From positions 1 to 39,790 of the forward strand of contig NZ_DASRBZ010000340.1 of the NCBI RefSeq assembly GCF_035653355.1: a DNA stretch of 39,790 nt, given 5' to 3'. Numbering within the stretch: the stretch's first letter is position 1; every line of letters starts with the position of its first letter. A program made the translations under genes and the position numbers. Source of the DNA: Mycobacterium sp. GTDB lineage: Bacteria; Actinomycetota; Actinomycetes; Mycobacteriales; Mycobacteriaceae. Below the pieces are notes generated by a model. It was not told the origin of the DNA. It searched no databases and saw nothing but the letters and a program-made list of their open reading frames with translations. Below are positions 31,231-38,522 of this stretch, one piece after another.

Positions 31231-31707
31231 ATGGCGCAAACTGTCACGGTCGCCAAGCGCATCCGCCGGCCGCTCGAAGAGGTGGGCGCCTTGGTGGCCG
31301 ATCCGCACCGGTTCATCCCTGCACTGGCCACAATGGGCCGCTGCGAATACATCGCCGACAGCGACCAAGGGCAGCTGTGGGACGTATTTCTGGTCAGCGG
31401 AACCCTGCACCTTGGCGGCCGGGTGCTGGTGACGCACAGCGAAAACGGCCGGCTGAGCTGGCGATCGCTGCGCGGAACCCGTCACACGTTGGAAGGCCGC
31501 GTCGAGCGCGACGGCGACGCATGCCGCATCACCTTGGCCTTGACCTATTCACTGACCGGCCTGGTGATCGCCCGGTTCAACGAACTTATCGGACGCGCCA
31601 TCGTGGCCCGCAACCTGGAAGCCGCCGCCGAGGAGCTGCGCCACCGACTTGAATTCGAGAACGGCAACGTGCCGATCGACGAGTGCCGCGATTCTCGCTC
31701 TTCGTAG
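31231..31707 (+). CDS. SRPBCC/polyketide cyclase-like (START-fold) protein
   Basis: Beta-strand pattern, 'VADPHRF' N-terminal helix and C-terminal helix typical of SRPBCC; starts 4 nt after the acyltransferase stop. Confidence 0.65.
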   Translation: MAQTVTVAKRIRRPLEEVGALVADPHRFIPALATMGRCEYIADSDQGQLWDVFLVSGTLHLGGRVLVTHSENGRLSWRSLRGTRHTLEGRVERDGDACRITLALTYSLTGLVIARFNELIGRAIVARNLEAAAEELRHRLEFENGNVPIDECRDSRSS

Positions 31708-31773
31708 CTGCGGGAGATCCGAAGACATCCCGGAAGGAGCGCCCAGCAACGTTGCCCTTAGAGCATGCCAGCC

Positions 31774-31878
31774 TGTAGGTTCCCAAACTGCGTGGCGGAC
31801 GCTGAGACCCCTACCTGCTACGTTGCAGATTTCTCATCAAATTGGCGGATGCGTTTTTCTCATCTTCGTGGCGGATCC
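31774..31878 (+). repeat. Left end: terminal inverted repeat plus three ~21-bp putative transposase-binding repeats
   Basis: TTCCCAAACTGCGTGGCGGAC (31780-800), TTTCTCATCAAATTGGCGGAT (31830-50) and TTTCTCATCTTCGTGGCGGAT (31856-76). Confidence 0.8.
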
Positions 31879-31937
31879 TAGATCCGTGCGGTTGTGCAAA
31901 TTTTGATTCCACAGAATGCGCGGACCTCCGTGGCCGT

Positions 31938-33374
31938 TCAAGCTCGACCGAGCGGAACTGGGTGGGGGTGGGAATCATCCCAGGGCTCACCAACAGTTGG
32001 CAGGATGCGGACAAGTACGTGCCGCGTGCCGGCCTCACCGACGTATTCGTCAGCTAATTGTCTGACGGCGGTGCGGGTCTTGGTCTCCATCGTGCCGACG
32101 ACGCCGTCTTTCGACTTGATCGTCACCTCGGTGGTCTCGTCAAGCTCGGCGAGACCGACGTAATCGTAGAGGAAGCCACGTAGGAATATGTTCGTGAAGT
32201 CCTCGCGTACGACTTTGATGATCTCGTCCCAGAACGCGTTGCGATCGGCTGCAAGGATGGCTTCGCTGGTCAATTGAGGATCGCTAGCCCGATGCGCGGC
32301 AATCATCGGAATGGGGTGCGCGAGCGTGACCCACACCGATGGGAACAGCGGTGCTACGGCCCGAAGAGATTGTTCGTCGTCTTCAGGAAGAACGAACCCG
32401 GCTTGGCGCTCGGGGAGCGTATCAATGAGTCGCTGTACATAGGCGTCGTGGTGCCAGCCGACCATGAACTCGAGGTGCTTCACGGCTACGCGGTTCTCGA
32501 ACAGGCTAGTGAATAGTCTCGCGATGCTCGTTGCATCGAGTTCTATGGCCGGAACAAGTTCAATGTGGCTACCTTCGATTCGAAGGTATGGTTCCTGAGT
32601 CAGCGACCCAAACACTTCCTTGTTGTCATCAGCGGCGTCATCGAGGGTGATTTCGCTACCTTGTAGCAAGCGGTTAATGAGGTCTGCCTTGATGCTGTGA
32701 CGTGCTTCTGCCCGCGCTTGGGCATCGTCTGCAGCTAGCAGGCTCCCACTGACGGAGCCCGCGAGCGCTTCACGAAGACTCTCAACCTTCTTGGCGGGCA
32801 AGCGATTACCGCGAGCGTCGACGACCGAATACTCCTCGTCATTCCACCAGACAACCCAGAAGTAGCCGCCGCCGTAGTACGCGGCCTCCACCCGGGAAGT
32901 ACTAGTACGGAATTGCTTCTCTACAGCTAAGCGAACTGTGTCCTCTGTTGCGATCTCACCTGCCTCGCACGCCCTCCGCAGGAGTTGCTTGCCGTCAAAG
33001 ATGAAGACGCCCTCGTCCTTTTTCTCAAGCGACGCGAAGCTGCCGCGGACGTTGCCGTTCACCCCATTTAAGGCGACGAGCATACCTACCGTTGCGGGCT
33101 TGTCGGCTCGCGCGAGAAAGAGCTTCCCAAGAAACTTCTGCCAGGTGGGCATGTCAACCGGGTCTGCATACGCTTTTGCCTCGCACAGAAGCGGTAACAC
33201 ATGCGATGCCCCCATTACTCCGACCTCGCGTGCACCGATGACGTCGAGCTCGTTACCGCCGGATCCAACGACGTTGGAGTACACGCTTCCGTAGCCCTGG
33301 CTCTCGAGCTCGGTATGAACGAGTGCCTCCAGCTGCGCACCCTTGTCTTTGGCGCTGACTCCCAAAACCATCAT
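31938..33374 (-). CDS. Mrr-like PD-(D/E)xK restriction endonuclease domain fused to an uncharacterised C-terminal region (478 aa)
   Basis: KGAQLEALV...GNELDVIG...LCEAKAY...WQKFLG motif pattern; GGAGGT RBS 6 nt before ATG 33374. Confidence 0.75.
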   Translation of the reverse strand: MMVLGVSAKDKGAQLEALVHTELESQGYGSVYSNVVGSGGNELDVIGAREVGVMGASHVLPLLCEAKAYADPVDMPTWQKFLGKLFLARADKPATVGMLVALNGVNGNVRGSFASLEKKDEGVFIFDGKQLLRRACEAGEIATEDTVRLAVEKQFRTSTSRVEAAYYGGGYFWVVWWNDEEYSVVDARGNRLPAKKVESLREALAGSVSGSLLAADDAQARAEARHSIKADLINRLLQGSEITLDDAADDNKEVFGSLTQEPYLRIEGSHIELVPAIELDATSIARLFTSLFENRVAVKHLEFMVGWHHDAYVQRLIDTLPERQAGFVLPEDDEQSLRAVAPLFPSVWVTLAHPIPMIAAHRASDPQLTSEAILAADRNAFWDEIIKVVREDFTNIFLRGFLYDYVGLAELDETTEVTIKSKDGVVGTMETKTRTAVRQLADEYVGEAGTRHVLVRILPTVGEPWDDSHPHPVPLGRA

Positions 33375-33726
33375 GGCGGCACCTCCGACTGCTACGGCAA
33401 AACGACGAGACAAAATGTGTCCGTAACAGGCATCACCCGAGCTGCTTACCGCAGCCTAGCCGACTGCTGCGGTGTTTCGACCGCCTGCTTAGGAGGCGCA
33501 CCGCTCGGCGGAGCTCTTTCGGCGTCAGCCGGGTGTGTTCTCGGCGGAAGTCCCGCTGTAGTTCATCGCCGGTTGGAATCCGTGGGCGTCAAGCCGACGA
33601 AACCAGATCGTCGGCGTGGTCGCACGGGAAGGAAGCTCGACGACGCTACGATCAGTCCCGTGAACTGGTAGCGACTCACGTCTGCCTCGGCTGGCCGGCG
33701 TTGGGAGTCGGTCGAAAGGACAACCC

Positions 33727-36700
33727 GTGGCAAGGTCGGGAGCAGAGCGGGCGCGCGGCACCGCATGGCGCATCTGGGATCTGCACGTCCATACGCCGGC
33801 ATCGATCGTTCAGGAGTACGGCGGCAACACCGATGAAGTCTGGTCAAGGTACCTCACTGAACTCGCGAACCTGCCCGAAGACATCGGTGTCATAGGGATC
33901 AATGACTACTGGTTCCTCGATGGGTATCGGCGTGTTTCCGAAGCTTGGCGGAGCGGTAGGTTGCCGAACTTGGACGCGATATTCCCGGTGGTTGAGATGC
34001 GCCTGGATCAGTTCGGCGGTACCGAAGGCAAACTGTCACGTGTCAATCTTCACGTCGTCTTCGATCCAGACCTCAACCCGGATGTCATCCAAGCTCAATT
34101 CCTGAATGCTCTCCAACCTAAGCTGAGACTCTCCCCTGAGCACGAGTCTTTGGGATGGCAGGGCGTCATCACCGAAGAATCGCTAGCTGACCTCGGGAGC
34201 AAGATCAAGGAATCTGTGCCCGAAGACCAACTCAGCAAGTACGGTTCCGACCTCCGCGAAGGGTTCAACAACCTCAACGTCTCACTCGGGGATGTTCAAA
34301 ATGTGCTCTCTGGCCAGTATTTCAAAGGGAGAGCGCTGCTGGGAGTCGGAAAGACTGAGTGGGCGGATATCAAGTGGACGGATCAATCGATCGCCGCAAA
34401 GAAAAATGTCATCAACTCCGCAGACCTCATCTTTACAGCATTTCAAGACTCCAACAGGTGGAAGGCGAATGTCGAGTCTCTACGCGCAAGCAAGGTGAAC
34501 GATCGTCTTCTGGACTGCAGCGACGCTCACTATTTCGCAGGTTCGGACCAGCACATGCGCCTGGGCGCCTGTCAAACCTGGATGAACACCGCTCCGACAC
34601 TCGCCGGACTGGCATACGCACTTGGAGAGTTCGACCGCCGAGTTTACGTAGGGCTTGAACCGGTCGCTCTCGCTCGAATCCGTAGGAACCCCGAACGATT
34701 CATATCGAAAGTGACGGTGAAGTCGGATAAGGAGGACCACGAACTCTTCGATTATGAGGTCCCGCTCAACGCCGGATTCATAGCGGTCGTCGGCAACAAG
34801 GGCCAGGGCAAATCTGCCCTGCTTGACTGCATAGCCCTTGCCGGCAACTCGTCACGCAACAGGGAATTTGCATTCCTCACACCGACGCGCTTCCTCAGCA
34901 CCACAAGTGTGAAGGTCGCCAGAGAGTACTACTCGGAGCTCGAGTGGGCTACTGGAACGACGCGTCGTGCTCAGCTTCCTGACGAACACGATCGGTCTGC
35001 CCCCGTGTATGTCGAATACCTGCCGCAGGCTTTCGTCGAACGTGTCTGCAACATCGACCCTGCCATCGGCGACGGGGACGAGTTCGAGCGCGAGCTACGC
35101 GTCGTTTTGTTCACGCACATTCGAGAAGAAGAGCGGTCAGGACAGAAGACGTTCGACGCGCTCCTCGCTCAAAAGACGCGCGCATCGCAGGACACCATCA
35201 ATCGCTTACGTGACGACCTCCGAGCAGTCATCAATTCCTACGTATCGATCGCCTCGTTCCGCGCGGAGAATCGGCTGCCTGAGGTCGAGGGGCGCCATTC
35301 GTTGAAGGAAAACGAGGTAGCAGGCGCCGAAGCGGCACTGGAATCCGCAAGGGCCGCGCTCGCTGAGATCGACTTGGCTAGTCGCGATGATGGTGAACTC
35401 GAAGCCCTTAAGCAAAGATCCGAGGAAATCGAATCTGCGCGAACCGAAGTGCTTAACAAGCGGACTGAGAACGAACAGCGTCAAGCACGGATTCGACAGG
35501 CTGTCAGCACGATGGAGACAATCGCTCAAGAAGCCGAGGTTCTCCGCACGGACGCTGCCGAGCTCAACGCCCGGGCAGCGGACTTCTTCACCGCCGATGG
35601 CGATCCGTATGTATCTGTGACCATCGACAACATTCGCTATGACGCCTGGCGCGCGACCGTTGAGGCAGACCTTGCTGCAGCAAGAGTCGAGCACGACGCG
35701 CTGGTTCGGGACCTCGAAACGCAAGAGGAAGCACGGCGCCGAAATGCAGAGTCGCTCGCTGCCGCTGATAGCGCACGCGAGCGTGCCCGTCAGCGAGTCC
35801 TCCAGTCAGAGGAACGCTTAGCAGCCTTAGTTGGGGACGAGAACGACGAGGAATCACTCAGCGGCCTTCGCGCGCTACGCGCTCGTATCACCGAGGCTCC
35901 CGCGGAGATGGAGAGCCTGCGCCAGGAGGTCATCGAGCACGCCGGCCGCATACACAGGGCACTCCGCGCCCAACTCGACGCAGTAGAAGACCTTTATGCA
36001 CCTGCGTCTGAATTCATTGCGCAAGCCGAGGTCGTTCGGAATGCAGGCCTCGAGTTCAACGCAGAGCTTCGTATGCTGCCGACTTGGCGGAGTATTCCAA
36101 GGAGCCTCGACGGTCGGCGCAACGGCGACTTCACTGACTGGCTCGCTGAGTTGCCCCAGCGGATTGAGGACACGAGTTGGGACCAGCTCTCCCCGCAGCT
36201 CTTGGAGGCCCTCGTCCGCTTAGAACACGAACGAGGGGAGCCTGACGATCCGTTCAGGAATCCCGCGCACGCCCTGCGCGGGACCACGGACCTGGACGAA
36301 TTCTTAATGAGCATGTTCGACCTGTCATGGCTAGAAGTTCGCTTCGGTCTGACTGGCGACGGTCTACCGCTATCCCAGCTGTCTCCGGGCCAGCGCGGGC
36401 TCGTCCTCGCGCTGTTTTACCTCGTAGTTGACCGTCGTACCACGCCACTGCTTCTCGATCAGCCGGAGGAGAACCTCGACAACGAGACCATTGCATCGAA
36501 GCTTGTTCCCGCGATACACGAGGCCGCCGGGCGGCGTCAGACCATCGTGGTCACGCACAACGCAAACCTGGCCATTGTCGGCGATGCTGATCAGATCATC
36601 CACTGCCAATTGCGAGATCTGCGGTTTACCGTCAGCAGCGGAAGCATCGCTGAGCTCGACGTCGCACAATTCGCGTTGAACGTCTTGGAAGGGACCAAGC

Positions 36701-36753
36701 CTGCGTTCGACAACCGCCGTCATAAGTACGAAGCGTTCCCTGAACTCACATGA
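33727..36753 (+). CDS. PHP domain + coiled-coil ABC ATPase (Ppl-like / TrlF-family), putative anti-phage protein
   Basis: PHP motifs WDLHVHTP, INDY and CSDAH; Walker A GNKGQGKS (34792); long coiled coil; LSPGQ; LLLDQPEENLDN; VTHNAN; AAGGA RBS. Confidence 0.85.
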   Translation: MARSGAERARGTAWRIWDLHVHTPASIVQEYGGNTDEVWSRYLTELANLPEDIGVIGINDYWFLDGYRRVSEAWRSGRLPNLDAIFPVVEMRLDQFGGTEGKLSRVNLHVVFDPDLNPDVIQAQFLNALQPKLRLSPEHESLGWQGVITEESLADLGSKIKESVPEDQLSKYGSDLREGFNNLNVSLGDVQNVLSGQYFKGRALLGVGKTEWADIKWTDQSIAAKKNVINSADLIFTAFQDSNRWKANVESLRASKVNDRLLDCSDAHYFAGSDQHMRLGACQTWMNTAPTLAGLAYALGEFDRRVYVGLEPVALARIRRNPERFISKVTVKSDKEDHELFDYEVPLNAGFIAVVGNKGQGKSALLDCIALAGNSSRNREFAFLTPTRFLSTTSVKVAREYYSELEWATGTTRRAQLPDEHDRSAPVYVEYLPQAFVERVCNIDPAIGDGDEFERELRVVLFTHIREEERSGQKTFDALLAQKTRASQDTINRLRDDLRAVINSYVSIASFRAENRLPEVEGRHSLKENEVAGAEAALESARAALAEIDLASRDDGELEALKQRSEEIESARTEVLNKRTENEQRQARIRQAVSTMETIAQEAEVLRTDAAELNARAADFFTADGDPYVSVTIDNIRYDAWRATVEADLAAARVEHDALVRDLETQEEARRRNAESLAAADSARERARQRVLQSEERLAALVGDENDEESLSGLRALRARITEAPAEMESLRQEVIEHAGRIHRALRAQLDAVEDLYAPASEFIAQAEVVRNAGLEFNAELRMLPTWRSIPRSLDGRRNGDFTDWLAELPQRIEDTSWDQLSPQLLEALVRLEHERGEPDDPFRNPAHALRGTTDLDEFLMSMFDLSWLEVRFGLTGDGLPLSQLSPGQRGLVLALFYLVVDRRTTPLLLDQPEENLDNETIASKLVPAIHEAAGRRQTIVVTHNANLAIVGDADQIIHCQLRDLRFTVSSGSIAELDVAQFALNVLEGTKPAFDNRRHKYEAFPELT

Positions 36754-37096
36754 GTCTCGCTTTCGTGTATCCGTGAGCCTCATGTCCAGTGGCACTACGC
36801 GGCCAAGCTTGAATCATTCCCGCCGCAAGTTTCCCTCGACAGTTCGTAATAGTTGCGTAGTCCGTAGAACTCGTCGGCGATATTCATGGCTACCTAGTGG
36901 TCGCGGCACCATGCCGATAACTGCGTAATATGTCGTCGCCGTCGTGCCGGTCGCTGGTGACATCGTCCCCAGAATGACGTGTCTGCCCGTCGGTGCCCAT
37001 GCCGCGCCTCCTAAACGGGATGCCGAATTGCTCGGCCGGCGCCGCAGTAATCACCAATCGCAGCCATCCGCTGTAAGGGATCGTTACAGACGTAAT

Positions 37097-37316
37097 GACC
37101 TCGTCAAGCATGACCAATCCACGACCGTGGGAACCATCACCGAAGCGGGCTTGCAGTCTGTGACAGGCGATTCGGCCCGGATCCTGGTGAGTGTATCGGT
37201 GAAGAGAACAACTGCAGTTTCACCCGCGCCACGGCAAAATAGCTTCCGGATGCGTATCGATGTGAAAACGGGTCGGCGATGGGGCGAAGGTGTCCAACGT
37301 GGAATTCATATCGTGA
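37097..37316 (+). pseudogene. 3' fragment of an Mce-associated membrane protein (Mam-type), frameshifted
   Basis: Reads DLVKHDQSTTVGTITEAGLQSVTGDSARILVSVSVK..FRMRIDV, then shifts +1 in the A-run at 37265-68 to KRVGDGAKVSNVEFIS*. No 5' half or TM segment. Confidence 0.75.
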
Positions 37317-37650
37317 AAACCCTGGTGCCATAGCGGGATTGGCCCAGTAACAGCGCGAAGCCGAAGAACCGGCCCGTCGAGGTTCTAGCCGCGGCAGCGC
37401 CAGCGGCAGTTTCTCGTGGACAACTGCGGTTATGCATGCCAGTAACAGCGGAGTCTAGTCCTAAACCGCTCCCTACCCAGAAACTCGCGCCTGCTGAACA
37501 CGCACCGTGACCGCTAACAGCTGTGAGTTAGCAACCGTTACAGGATATTTCGTCATACCAGCCGGGTAGTTGGCATTGCGCGCGGCCCTATGTTTTGTGG
37601 CGTCAACGCGCATGCAGCCAACGCCAGAGATCCGAGTAGTGAGGCAGCCG

Positions 37651-37914
37651 TCAGCGCCTGTAAACGTCCGCGCGATGATCGACACGCTGAATCAGCACCA
37701 GTGAGTGATCCTCGTCGATCCGGTATAGCAGGCGGTACGGGCCGCGCCGGGCGCTATGCAGCCCGGTCAGTTCACGCCTCAGCGGCTTGCCGACGCGGCG
37801 CGGTGCGTGCGCCAGCTCGCCGAACGCGAACTCAATCACGGCCGCCAGCACCCGCGGCGGCAACTTGTGGAGGTCACGCCGCGCGATGGCGGTGAACCGA
37901 ACCGTGTAACCCAA
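37651..37914 (-). CDS. relG: RelE-family toxin (RelG/RelE2-like)
   Basis: YTVRFTAIARRDLHKLPPR..VGKPLRREL..SARRGPYRLLYRID..DHRADVYRR, very similar to Rv2866 as recalled. Confidence 0.88.
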   Translation of the reverse strand: MGYTVRFTAIARRDLHKLPPRVLAAVIEFAFGELAHAPRRVGKPLRRELTGLHSARRGPYRLLYRIDEDHSLVLIQRVDHRADVYRR

Positions 37915-37922
37915 CGGCGGCG

Positions 37923-38204
37923 TCAGTCGGCACGCCGAGGCACGCCGAACTCGGCGCGAATTTCATCCTCGCCGTACGTGCGCCCAGCGGCAATGTCGGC
38001 ATCGGCCTCGGCGATTGATTCCTTTATCCCTGGCCGAGAAAGCCAGTACAGCGTCTCTTGGAGCGATTCCCATTCCTCGACGCCGACGAGCACCGCCGCC
38101 GGCGCACCGTTTTTGGTGATCGTGATCTGGTCCTGCGTTTGGGCGACCGCATCGACGTACTCGTTAAGCTTGTCTTTAATCTTCGAAATCGGCAGTATCC
38201 GCAC
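37923..38204 (-). CDS. relF: Phd/YefM-family antitoxin (RelF/RelB2-like)
   Basis: MRILPISKIKDKLNEYVDAV..ITITKNGAPAAVLV..WESLQETLYWL, very similar to Rv2865 as recalled; lies upstream of the toxin. Confidence 0.9.
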   Translation of the reverse strand: MRILPISKIKDKLNEYVDAVAQTQDQITITKNGAPAAVLVGVEEWESLQETLYWLSRPGIKESIAEADADIAAGRTYGEDEIRAEFGVPRRAD

Positions 38205-38210
38205 GCCACC

Positions 38211-38230
38211 ATGTTAGCCTAAATATAGGC
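38211..38230 (-). promoter_or_regulatory. Leaderless relFG promoter and autoregulatory palindrome
   Basis: -10 TAACAT (38216-38211) lies 6 nt before the GTG start, next to the palindrome GCCTA-AATA-TAGGC (38217-30). Confidence 0.55.
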
Positions 38231-38426
38231 CAGCGACAGGCGCTAATTAAGGCCCCATAATGTTACGACACCACCGACCGACTTGGCCTTACAAGTAGTC
38301 ACCGGCCACAGCAGCATCTTCTAACTGTCGGTGATGGGGAAGCCGCAACCGCAACCTCGAGTGAATCGCCGAGGCTCGCCCCTGATCCATACCTAGCCGA
38401 GCTAATCAGTTTCCGGTCTTTGTGAC

Positions 38427-38486
38427 GGATCCGCCACCTTTACGTCGCGAAGTCTGAAATTCCGCCACTTAAAAATGGAACCTACA
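38427..38486 (-). repeat. Right end: terminal inverted repeat plus two putative transposase-binding repeats
   Basis: Reverse complement reads TGTAGGTTCCATTTTTAAGTGGCGGA...GTGGCGGATCC. TCCGCCAC cores are at 38430-37 and 38461-68, and GGATCCGCCAC (38427-37) is the exact inverse of 31868-78. Confidence 0.8.
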
Positions 38487-38522
38487 CCAGCGCCGCCCTC
38501 AGGTGATCGTTTGATCCGCTGG

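Larger units (their letters stand above)
31774..38486. mobile_element. Non-autonomous cargo transposon with TGT...ACA ends (Mu/Tn552/Tn7/IS21-like end architecture); no transposase
   Basis: Both ends read TGTAGGTTCC-N8-GTGGCGGA inward; there are multiple internal (G/T)TGGCGGA repeats; flanks are CCAGCC (31768-73) and CCAGCG (38487-92); the interior is lower in GC. Confidence 0.8.

Noticed and set aside
33421-33720. Retron msr-msd interpretation of the structured intergenic region
   Set aside because: There is no reverse transcriptase (no YADD-type motif) in the element or the window.
31938-36753. Calling the nuclease + ATPase pair Lamassu or a type I-III restriction-modification system
   Set aside because: The genes are divergent rather than operonic, the ATPase is PHP-fused, and there is no LmuC-like gene, methyltransferase or specificity subunit.
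36944-37333. 129-aa ORF as an intact gene
   Set aside because: It is chimeric: only the central part resembles an Mce-associated protein, and its true C-terminus is in another frame, so it is recorded as a pseudogene.
37344-37450. CCAGTAACAGCG repeat as a mini-CRISPR
   Set aside because: Only two 12-bp copies, 95 bp apart, and no cas genes.
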